The notes under the pieces: generated by a model
Seen by the model: only the letters and a program-made list of their open reading frames with translations
Databases searched by the model: none
Told to the model about the DNA's origin: nothing
Program-made: the position numbers and the translations under genes
In this document: one piece after another, positions 1 to 7,493 of the stretch
Numbering within the stretch: position 1 is the first letter of the stretch
Layout: every line of letters begins with the position of its first letter
Assembly (NCBI GenBank): GCA_045106415.1
Contig: JBGCEP010000005.1
Span: 1-14,940 of the forward strand
Reading direction: 5' to 3'
From: Oligoflexales bacterium
GTDB lineage: Bacteria > Bdellovibrionota_B > Oligoflexia > Oligoflexales > Bog-1112
Length of the DNA stretch: 14,940 bases

Positions 1-135
1 TAAAAGACCTATTCCAATGCCAAGATTTTCAGCTGTTTCTGTGATTGTCTGCCCTCCGTCAATAACAAGACGACATGCATCTTTCTTAAATTGTTGGGAA
101 AACCTTCTTCTCTTTTTTCGTTGGTCTGATTGCAT
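1..135 (-). CDS. IS3-family transposase OrfA (HTH), partial, 3' end outside the window
   Basis: Manual translation from the ATG at 135: MQSDQRKKRRRFSQQFKKDACRLVIDGGQTITETAENLGIGIGLL. This fits the RRxFSxEFKxxAVxLV...xAxxLGI pattern of IS3 OrfA. Not in the ORF track. Confidence 0.85.
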   Translation of the reverse strand, partial: MQSDQRKKRRRFSQQFKKDACRLVIDGGQTITETAENLGIGIGLL

Positions 136-212
136 TGTGACTCTCCTCTTGGGACTCTTTTTCCGTATCGGAAACTACGTTGAAAAAGTGTCCGAAAAGT
201 TGAGGAGGCTCA
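1..212 (-). mobile_element. IS3-family insertion sequence, left end (IRL plus start of orfA), running off the left edge of the window
   Basis: The minus strand from 212 begins TGAGCCTCCTCAACTTTTCGGACAC, with the 5'-TG terminus and internal GGACA typical of IS3-family IRs. It is followed by RBS AGAGGAGAG and an OrfA-like reading frame. It is 41/52 nt identical, ungapped, to the end at 14765. Confidence 0.85.
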
Positions 213-305
213 GTTGTTCAACTTATACATAATAAAAAAATTAACAAAGAAGACTTCTTCTCATAAATACTTCATTCAAAATATTCAACATTTTTTCATT
301 ATCTC

Positions 306-881
306 TTATTGAAAATAACGTTCAAAATAACGATCTCGATATTCACCATAATAGGATATTAATTTTGTAGACCACGTGTAAGAGTTCATAATACTCACAG
401 GAACCTTAATCCCATCTTTCCACATCATCTCATTATCATGGCCATAGCCCAAAAGACAGTGACCGAGCTCATGAAGAACGGCATGTTCGATCATAAGAGG
501 ATGTTCTTTGTTGTTATGGTACCAATCTCGATCAATAACAACAGCTTTGTAATCAGCACTTTTTACTTGAATACAAACTCCCGCTAGGCCTTTTCCATAT
601 TTTCCTTTAACGGAAGAAATCACGACAGGAATATCAACACTGTAGCCTGCCTGTTCTTCAAAAACATAAACAGCATCTAACAAACGCTCATCAATTCCCT
701 GGTACCAATCACTCTGATGACCCAACATTGTCATAAAAGGTTTTTGAATCACATCAGGCAAATCAAAATGATCCACAGATACAGGCCTCTTAGGAGAAAA
801 AACCATAAGATGGTCAGCACTTCGGTCTTTAGCACATGAGAAAGATAATAATGAAACAACAAGCATCAAATACAACCGCAT
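306..881 (-). CDS. Putative lipoprotein zinc metallopeptidase (metzincin-like)
   Basis: Signal peptide with lipobox-like LSFSC. Zinc motif HELGHCLLGYGH and downstream Met-turn-like SIMNS. RBS GAGGA upstream. Confidence 0.75.
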   Translation of the reverse strand: MRLYLMLVVSLLSFSCAKDRSADHLMVFSPKRPVSVDHFDLPDVIQKPFMTMLGHQSDWYQGIDERLLDAVYVFEEQAGYSVDIPVVISSVKGKYGKGLAGVCIQVKSADYKAVVIDRDWYHNNKEHPLMIEHAVLHELGHCLLGYGHDNEMMWKDGIKVPVSIMNSYTWSTKLISYYGEYRDRYFERYFQ

Positions 882-912
882 AGCAACATTCCTCTAGATC
901 CACTTAGGAGAC

Positions 913-939
913 TTATCGGGAACACTGTTCCATAACTTA
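913..939 (-). promoter_or_regulatory. Sigma28/FliA-like promoter for the metallopeptidase gene
   Basis: Minus strand reads TAAG-N15-CCCGATAA versus consensus TAAA-N15-GCCGATAA. It lies about 31 nt upstream of the ATG at 881. Confidence 0.6.
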
Positions 940-1037
940 AGCTTATTCATTTTATTATTTTAATATAGATATTTAGGCGCATTAAAAATCATTCAGGAAT
1001 TTTTCAGGAATAACCAAAAACCAGCCTATAGATAAAC

Positions 1038-1065
1038 TTGACTTCTCATATTTTTTTGTCAGAAT
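1038..1065 (+). promoter_or_regulatory. Possible sigma70 promoter of the TrmH-family gene
   Basis: TTGACT-N16-CAGAAT with an extended -10 TG at 1057-1058. RBS GAGGAG at 1085-1090. Confidence 0.4.
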
Positions 1066-1098
1066 ACGTTGTCGAGTTTTTGTTGAGGAGAACAAAAT

Positions 1099-1890
1099 AT
1101 GCATCACATCACAAGCCTTCAAAATCCTGAAATAAAAGAACTTATTTCCCTTCGAACCTCTCGAAAAAGACGACGCGCTGAAACCATCCTCGTAGAAGGG
1201 GAGCGAGAAATCCGAAGAGCTCTTCTCTGTGGGTTTAACGCAACTCATATCTATTGGTGTCCAGAAAAAATATCTGACCCAGCCCGTCAAATTCTAGAAG
1301 AACTCAACTATGCAAGAAACAGATCTCTTTCCGAAGCTTGTTATGAAAAAGTTGCAATTCGCGACGATAGTGATGGAATCATTGTACTTTTTAAAGAAGA
1401 CCTTAAGATACAAGAAGAAAAATTTCATTCAAAAGACCATAAAGTGGTGCTTATCCTAGATCACATTGAAAAACCAGGAAACGTAGGAGCTTTACTACGA
1501 AGCGCAGACGGTTCAGGAGTCAACGCAGTCATTGTAATCGGTGGGTGCGATACTTTTAGCGCAAATACAATTCGCACAAGTCTGGGTACAGTTTTTCACC
1601 TTCCTATACAAAATATGACTCTTCAACAATGTGCCGATTGGTGCAAAGCAAAAGCACTTCACATCATTCTTGCCGACCCTGGGCCTTCTGCTGTACCTTA
1701 TCATAATATCGATTGGTCAAAGCCGGCCGCACTCGTCATTGGCAATGAAGCAAAAGGACTTTCAAATTTTTGGAAAAACATTTCAGACACGACTAGTGCA
1801 ACCATCCCTATGCGAGGGATAGCAGATTCTCTCAATGCTTCTGTGGCAGGAGCTATCATGATGTATGAAGCCACAAAACATTTAAAATAA
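1099..1890 (+). CDS. TrmH/SpoU-family RNA 2'-O-methyltransferase
   Basis: N-terminal ITSLQNPEIK and VEGERE. SpoU motifs PGNVGALLRSA, IGNEAKGLS and IPMRGIADSLNASVA. Confidence 0.93.
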   Translation: MHHITSLQNPEIKELISLRTSRKRRRAETILVEGEREIRRALLCGFNATHIYWCPEKISDPARQILEELNYARNRSLSEACYEKVAIRDDSDGIIVLFKEDLKIQEEKFHSKDHKVVLILDHIEKPGNVGALLRSADGSGVNAVIVIGGCDTFSANTIRTSLGTVFHLPIQNMTLQQCADWCKAKALHIILADPGPSAVPYHNIDWSKPAALVIGNEAKGLSNFWKNISDTTSATIPMRGIADSLNASVAGAIMMYEATKHLK

Positions 1891-1905
1891 AAAAGATATA
1901 TAAAT

Positions 1906-3252
1906 TCACTCTGTGGGCTTTGGAAGAAAAATCTTAAAAGTTGTCCCGCTACTAGATTCCCCCTCTACTTGCTCAATGCTGTCTACCTCAATACTCCCAG
2001 ATAAAAGCCCGAGATAATTTTTCACAAGCGGCATTCCAAATCCTGTTCCTTTTTCACCATCTGTCCCCGGACGAGACGTTGCAGCATCTAAAGAAAACAG
2101 ATCTTTTATAATTTCTTTAGGGATTCCAATACCTTTGTCCTGTACAGAGAGACAAATTTTCTCTTGATCTTGTTTTGTTTCAATTTTTACGACAATTCTT
2201 TCCCCGTGTGGAGAAAATTTTAATGCATTTGAAATTAAATTATTTAAAATACTATTTTCAAATATTGTTGGTTCACCTAAAATAAAAACTTCATCTTTTC
2301 GATCATTTTCAAGAATAAGATCTAGACTTTTTGCTTCCAATTTTTCCCTAAATGTAAAACATGCATTTTCGAAAGCTTTATTTAAAGACACAGGAACAAG
2401 TGTTACTTGATGCTTTCCTGAGGTAATCGCATCCACCTCGCGCACACTATTAATAATATCTGACTGTTTATCTGCAGACCTTTTAATTCTTTCTAAAATT
2501 TTTTGAACCTTATCTTGATCATATGAATGATTTTGTAAAAGCATTTGTGAGGAGTACAAAATAATGCTCAAGTAGTTACTTAAATCATGTGACAACACTC
2601 TTAACAAGCTACGTTTTTGCTGTACATTTTCTAAAAGCTTAATATTCTTATCATAAACTTCTTGTGTTCTTTCTTGTACTTTTTGATCTAAGTTTTGATT
2701 AATAACTTCTAATTGTTCGCTACGTTCTTGAGCAAGAGACCTCATTTCAATGAGTTCTTTCATATATTGCCAAGTCCTCAACGCAACGGTCACCGATGCA
2801 AAAAGCCTTTCTCTTGTGACTTCTGTTTTCAGCCGATAGTCATTAATGTCATAATTCATAATCACTTCTGATTCAGGTGCTTCTCCTGGTTGGCCTGTTC
2901 GTAGAATAATCCGAAGCAATGGGTTTTTTAATGTTTCTCGAATATATTGAACGACCAAAAGACCAGCATCAGGGGTGTCCATTACAACATCTAACAAAAT
3001 AAGTGAAATATCCTTTTGATGCTTTTCAATCAGATCACAAGCCTGTGTTCTGTCGTAAGCATTCAGAAACTTAAGCCCACGCCCCGCAAACTTATAGCTC
3101 GACAGCACCATCTCTGTTACAGAATGAACTTCAGGTTCATCGTCAACGACCAAAACAAGATAAGGGCTGTCATGACCTTCATCGGTAGACACCTCCTCAC
3201 TGCCTTCTTCTTCAAACTCGAATAAGACTTCTTCTTCATCTTGGTCAAACAA
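1906..3252 (-). CDS. Cytoplasmic hybrid response regulator (REC) / histidine kinase
   Basis: REC domain VVDDE...LLDVVM...RTGQPG...K, then a coiled coil. H-box SHDLSN, N-box NLISNALKF, G1 DKGIGI, G2 GTGFG. No TM segments. Start placed at TTG 3252, 7 nt after GGAGG; the ORF track starts at 3285. Confidence 0.9.
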   Translation of the reverse strand: MFDQDEEEVLFEFEEEGSEEVSTDEGHDSPYLVLVVDDEPEVHSVTEMVLSSYKFAGRGLKFLNAYDRTQACDLIEKHQKDISLILLDVVMDTPDAGLLVVQYIRETLKNPLLRIILRTGQPGEAPESEVIMNYDINDYRLKTEVTRERLFASVTVALRTWQYMKELIEMRSLAQERSEQLEVINQNLDQKVQERTQEVYDKNIKLLENVQQKRSLLRVLSHDLSNYLSIILYSSQMLLQNHSYDQDKVQKILERIKRSADKQSDIINSVREVDAITSGKHQVTLVPVSLNKAFENACFTFREKLEAKSLDLILENDRKDEVFILGEPTIFENSILNNLISNALKFSPHGERIVVKIETKQDQEKICLSVQDKGIGIPKEIIKDLFSLDAATSRPGTDGEKGTGFGMPLVKNYLGLLSGSIEVDSIEQVEGESSSGTTFKIFLPKPTE

Positions 3253-3325
3253 AACGAATCCTCCCTCGGTGTGATCACTCAACACAACTTAAGTGTGCCT
3301 ATAAAATATTAACACGAGACAACTC

Positions 3326-4048
3326 CTATGAGGCGGCATTCCCTTTTCCTTGAGGCCCAGCTAGCACACCAGCATCAATAGGAATAGAAATTCCTGTCAT
3401 AGATTTCGCCGCCGGAGAGCATAAAAAGGCGACAAGCTCTGCAACCTCTATAGGATTCACAATTCGATTTAATGGAGTTCCCGCACGAAGTTCATCACTT
3501 TGGACGTTTAATTGTTCCATTCTTTTTCTAAACATGTCTGTCTCAACCCAGCCTGGGCAAACAGCATTTACCGTAATACCATCTGACGCCCATCTTAAAG
3601 ATAAAGATTTCATCAATCCTAATAATCCGTGTTTAGCGGCACAATATGCCGGTTGATCGGCAACACCCATCAAACCGAGCACAGAGCTTATATAAATCAC
3701 ACGCCCTGTGCCATTTCGAGGAAGGTAGGGATAAGAGCCTTGACTTACAAACCAAGCAGCATGCAGATTCACATTGAGTACTTGCTCCCAATCGTGGTCT
3801 GAATCTGCAACAATACCAGCGCAATGGACAACAACATCAAGCCGTTGATAACGGCAGTACACAGCCTCCAACCATTTTTCCACTTCCTGCTTCTGTGTCA
3901 CATCACACACAGTATGAAACTCTTCAAATTTAGAAGCTGAACGAGAACAAGTCGCAACCTCCCACCCCTGATTTAAAAAATGCTGTGCTATAGCAAGACC
4001 AATGCCTCGATTCGCTCCTGTAATAGCAATCACTGATTTTTCAGACAT
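3326..4048 (-). CDS. Classical short-chain dehydrogenase/reductase (SDR)
   Basis: TGANRGIG Rossmann motif, catalytic S and YCAAK, and NAVCPGWVETDM. Likely start is MSEKS at 4048. Confidence 0.92.
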   Translation of the reverse strand: MSEKSVIAITGANRGIGLAIAQHFLNQGWEVATCSRSASKFEEFHTVCDVTQKQEVEKWLEAVYCRYQRLDVVVHCAGIVADSDHDWEQVLNVNLHAAWFVSQGSYPYLPRNGTGRVIYISSVLGLMGVADQPAYCAAKHGLLGLMKSLSLRWASDGITVNAVCPGWVETDMFRKRMEQLNVQSDELRAGTPLNRIVNPIEVAELVAFLCSPAAKSMTGISIPIDAGVLAGPQGKGNAAS

Positions 4049-4062
4049 TTTATCGCCTTTAT

Positions 4063-4548
4063 TCACAAAGAAAAAGATTCAATTTCTTGAGAAAGGACTC
4101 TCCAGAAATCTCGCTGAGGCCAACCTTTATGAGGAATTTGCAAACTCGCATCCATCGTTAATGAACGGCAATCTTGAAAAGAATCTGCGTCGTCCTCAGC
4201 CCATAAAACAAGATCAATATCCAACTCTCTAGGTGACCAACGGCGATCTCTTCTATGGCCTGCTTGGTTCTCAAGTTTAACAATATAACGATAAAGATCT
4301 TCAGGCTGATAAGCACTTCGGACATCTTCCATAAAATTTAAATAGTCTTCATGCTTTTCTTGGAAATCTAAATTTTGATATTCGTTCGGTACAGGCATCG
4401 GCGCAGTCACTAGCCAGCGAGAACGCTTCACACACTCTCTTACTGCATTCATATCGCAAATCGCTTTTTCTAAAATATATTCTCTATGTCCACAGTTTGA
4501 ACCATAAGCTAAAAGGTATCGATACACACAAGTCTCTTTTTCTTTCAA
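4063..4548 (-). CDS. folK: 2-amino-4-hydroxy-6-hydroxymethyldihydropteridine diphosphokinase (HPPK)
   Basis: LAYGSN.G, YLN, LENQAGHRR...WSPRELDIDLV and LQIPH motifs. TTG start is uncertain. Confidence 0.85.
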   Translation of the reverse strand: MKEKETCVYRYLLAYGSNCGHREYILEKAICDMNAVRECVKRSRWLVTAPMPVPNEYQNLDFQEKHEDYLNFMEDVRSAYQPEDLYRYIVKLENQAGHRRDRRWSPRELDIDLVLWAEDDADSFQDCRSLTMDASLQIPHKGWPQRDFWRVLSQEIESFSL

Positions 4549-4679
4549 ACTTTTACAAAAATTTATTAAAATTTCATACCTGAGTTTTTTTGACCCACTT
4601 CAAGCATTATATTCAACGATATAAAATATTCATCAAAACTTTAACTCGAAATTCACCACCTTAAAAACAGATTTTCACC

Positions 4680-4874
4680 TTACATCTGAGCACTCGAAAC
4701 ACCTTCATTATCGAGATATTTTGCATGATATGTCTGCATCCAGTAAAATTCAACAAATCTCACCGCACCTTCAATCGAACCGCCATTAATCAAACGATAC
4801 AAATCCAGGTAAGATTTATATTGCTTCACAATTAAATTAAACTTCTCTCTCGAACTCTCGTAGTCAAAACTCAT
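4680..4874 (-). CDS. Small hypothetical protein (64 aa, Tyr/Phe-rich)
   Basis: ATG at 4874 preceded by a strong RBS GGGGAGGG. Sequence MSFDYESSREKFNLIVKQYKSYLDLYRLINGGSIEGAVRFVEFYWMQTYHAKYLDNEGVSSAQM. A sigma28-like box lies upstream. Confidence 0.7.
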   Translation of the reverse strand: MSFDYESSREKFNLIVKQYKSYLDLYRLINGGSIEGAVRFVEFYWMQTYHAKYLDNEGVSSAQM

Positions 4875-4900
4875 AGACCCTCCCCAACCTTTTCCACTTC

Positions 4901-4927
4901 TCATCGGACACAGCTTCAAAGTGTTAA
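4901..4927 (-). promoter_or_regulatory. Sigma28-like promoter for the 64-aa gene
   Basis: Minus strand TTAA-N15-TCCGATGA, 26 nt upstream of the ATG at 4874. Confidence 0.45.
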
Positions 4928-4986
4928 CAAAATCCCCAAATAAAAACACAACAAGCTAAAATCAAAAGTTTTTATTTATTTTTTGT

Positions 4987-5013
4987 TTATAACCTTAATA
5001 TTTCATCCGATAT
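4987..5013 (+). promoter_or_regulatory. Sigma28-like promoter for the M23 peptidase gene (weak -35)
   Basis: TTAT-N15-TCCGATAT, 33 nt upstream of the ATG at 5047. Confidence 0.4.
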
Positions 5014-5046
5014 TGCCGCGGAACCGACACCTTGAAAGGGAGGGTT

Positions 5047-5781
5047 ATGTTTCGGCTTTACATTTTATTTCTTTTTTCTGTCTTTTCCATCTCTGCCTCC
5101 AAAGAAGACGACATCTATACAAAAACCAATCAATTTGAGCATGATGTCAGAGAGCGTAAATATTCAAAATATGAAGGGGAAAAAATATTAAAACAACTTC
5201 TTGACGAAGTTTCTAAAAACTACAAATTACGAGAATGTACTACAACACTTCCAAAAAAATGGGTTTTCCCTGTCGCTTGGCACAAAAACACAGATATTGG
5301 CGGCAAACATGGGAATGGCTACCGCCCACAAGGCTTCAATTATTTCGATGGTATCAAGACAAAGGGCCATTCTGCTCATGATATTTTTATTCATGACCGC
5401 AATGTTGATCTACATGACGACCGATACCATAAGATGGTTCCTGCTCTTGCCGTAGAACCTGGTATTATTCTTTCCACTCAAGAAAAATGGTCTCCACAAA
5501 GCCACTTGAAAGCGGGGCGGTACGTCAATATTTATCACCCTCATAACCAACAGGTTAGTTATTACTCTCACTTAGCAAGTATTCATATCAAGCCTGGTGA
5601 CTGCGTCAATGCAGGAGATTCAATTGGGTGGATTGGACGATCAGGTTTAAACGCTGATTCTAAACGATCACCTACTCATCTCCATTTTGGAAGACTTCTT
5701 TTTAATGGTACAACTTATATTCCTACGAATCCTTATAAAAAACTAATCAAGGCGACAAAAATATTTTACAAAAGTCACTAA
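5047..5781 (+). CDS. Secreted M23-family metallopeptidase (peptidoglycan endopeptidase-like)
   Basis: Signal peptide MFRLYILFLFSVFSISA. Motifs HSAHD (HxxxD), YSHL, G..V.AGD.IG.IG.SG and HLHF (HxH). RBS GGGAGGG before ATG 5047. Confidence 0.88.
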   Translation: MFRLYILFLFSVFSISASKEDDIYTKTNQFEHDVRERKYSKYEGEKILKQLLDEVSKNYKLRECTTTLPKKWVFPVAWHKNTDIGGKHGNGYRPQGFNYFDGIKTKGHSAHDIFIHDRNVDLHDDRYHKMVPALAVEPGIILSTQEKWSPQSHLKAGRYVNIYHPHNQQVSYYSHLASIHIKPGDCVNAGDSIGWIGRSGLNADSKRSPTHLHFGRLLFNGTTYIPTNPYKKLIKATKIFYKSH

Positions 5782-6119
5782 ACCTTAAGAGTGCTTTTAC
5801 GCAAAATTTCAACCAGCTCAAAAAACTTCAGGCCTATCTCAAGCGAGCACTCAATCATACGTTCTGAGTGTTGGTCTGAAAGCTGGAACTCTTGCTTTAC
5901 ATAATCAGAAAGGCTTTCTGATTCTTGATCTGTCAGATCTGTCAACTCATGAGGGATCTGCCCCATATCTTCAAAAGCAACTTTCGACGACAGCATAGCT
6001 GCTACAAGCCTATTAATATCCCTAAACCCTATATCACCATCAATAAGACTTTTATCAAGAGCTTCACCCATTTTTATGACAAAAGTGAGAAGTTCTTTTG
6101 TTTGTTGAATTCCAGCCAT
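5778..6119 (-). CDS. Hypothetical acidic, probably all-alpha protein (113-114 aa)
   Basis: Open frame with RBS AGGAAG before tandem ATGs at 6122 and 6119. Amphipathic helical pattern. Its stop overlaps the M23 stop by 4 bp. Confidence 0.75.
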   Translation of the reverse strand: MAGIQQTKELLTFVIKMGEALDKSLIDGDIGFRDINRLVAAMLSSKVAFEDMGQIPHELTDLTDQESESLSDYVKQEFQLSDQHSERMIECSLEIGLKFFELVEILRKSTLKV

Positions 6120-6436
6120 CATAACTTCCTATGATTGAATTTTTAAAAAGGAGTCTTGAATGATTTTATCATTGATAATTAAACTTTAGGTGAGGTGCAA
6201 ATATAACTTCTCTCATATAAAAATCCTTATAACCTTAAAAATATGAAAAGTTCAAATATGACAGTCCATAGCTCAACGAGAAATGCAAAGAAATTAACAA
6301 CACACAACTGCCATCAGAAAAAACCTCTATAACATTTAAAACAACCAACACTCTTAAAGTTTGAGCATGATTCTAAGCTTTATCTCTCATCACAAGTATA
6401 GAAATAATATGAAAAAAAATTCTTCAAACAAAACAA

Positions 6437-6472
6437 TAAAAAAATGGAGCCAAGAAAAAACTTTGACTCCAT
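6437..6472 (-). terminator. Intrinsic terminator downstream of the lipoprotein gene
   Basis: Minus strand ATGGAGTCAA-loop-TTGGCTCCAT (10-bp stem with one G-U pair) followed by a T-run. It starts about 43 nt after the stop at 6516. Confidence 0.7.
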
Positions 6473-6515
6473 ACTATTTTTAAAATGTTTAAGACTTTTT
6501 GAGCTCATTATATCG

Positions 6516-7493
6516 CTAAAAAATATGAGCCTCATACCAAATCACAAGTGACTTTGAAGACTGCCCCCTGCAAAGGTCGTCCACTGCAGGTTGTGGCCTT
6601 CCGACTCGTAGAGTCGAGCTTCCTGATAAGCGCAGCTGCGCTCCCAGCCAACCTGGTAAACGTAAGTCGCTTGCTGCCATACAAACTCTCATCACCTCAT
6701 GTCCTTCAGAGTCCAAGATAGGCAAACCATAAGATCCCACTTTCGCATGAGCAGGAAGACCTGAAGTATAAAGACTCAGCGCCACTCGATCTCCTCTTTT
6801 GCCTAACACCTCCTCGCCCGACGAAGGCACAATCGCTTGTTGAGACTCTGCTTGGAGATTGATAAGCCTTAAGTGAGAAAAACCCTGAACCTCCGAAGAA
6901 CCTGAAGTTTCAAGACACCGATTTGTTCCGTCGAGACCAGCGTGTTCAATAAGAGAAACATCGCAGATCACTTGTTGTTTTTGAATTTTTGCAACTAAAG
7001 AGCCATCTTTTCTCAATGCTTCCAAACCCCAAAGCCCACCACCTAAAATTCCTACGTGCCAATCTCCTCCGATTTCACGCAATTCTGCAGCTGGATCTAT
7101 TGCTTGCAACATGGAAAGTTTCCATTCAAATTTTTCGGAAGAAAGAATTTGCCCATCTGCAGATTCAACTCGGCACTTAACGTCTTCACGTAGCTCATCA
7201 AAAGAAGAACACACTAAAGAAGCGCTTGCCCCTACCTGCTCCGTAAAAGCTAAAGATTGCGGCTCTGAGCTCAATCTTTTCATCTTTTTTAAAACAATTG
7301 GCCGTTCAACTACCTTACCCTCTAAACTTTTTGTGGAGCCTTCCTGTGAAGTTTCTTCACCTTCCACTTGAAAGTGTTCACTTCCTGACTTCTCGTCCAC
7401 TGGATCATAACTACAACCCACTGAAAGTATAGAAAATGATAGAAAAAGAGCCGAAACCCCTGAGTGTGCACTCTTCTTCGACATGACCTTCAT
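6516..7493 (-). CDS. Hypothetical lipoprotein
   Basis: Likely start ATG 7493 after GGGGG. Signal peptide ends in lipobox-like SVGC, followed by an acidic low-complexity tether and then Cys-containing domains. No recognisable catalytic motif. Confidence 0.7.
   Translation of the reverse strand: MKVMSKKSAHSGVSALFLSFSILSVGCSYDPVDEKSGSEHFQVEGEETSQEGSTKSLEGKVVERPIVLKKMKRLSSEPQSLAFTEQVGASASLVCSSFDELREDVKCRVESADGQILSSEKFEWKLSMLQAIDPAAELREIGGDWHVGILGGGLWGLEALRKDGSLVAKIQKQQVICDVSLIEHAGLDGTNRCLETSGSSEVQGFSHLRLINLQAESQQAIVPSSGEEVLGKRGDRVALSLYTSGLPAHAKVGSYGLPILDSEGHEVMRVCMAASDLRLPGWLGAQLRLSGSSTLRVGRPQPAVDDLCRGQSSKSLVIWYEAHIF

Noticed and set aside
17..232. 71-aa plus-strand ORF
   Set aside because: It is the antisense shadow of IS3 orfA and its IRL.
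3326..4048. SDR as FolM/PTR1 pteridine reductase because it is next to folK
   Set aside because: It has a classical TGxxRGIG motif rather than the TGxxxRIG of FolM/PTR1, so adjacency alone is not enough to name it.
6180..6436. Long AT-rich intergenic region as an sRNA, riboswitch or small ORF (29 codons from 6243)
   Set aside because: I saw no stable stems or c-di-GMP riboswitch motifs, and the ORF has no RBS. An sRNA cannot be excluded without expression data.
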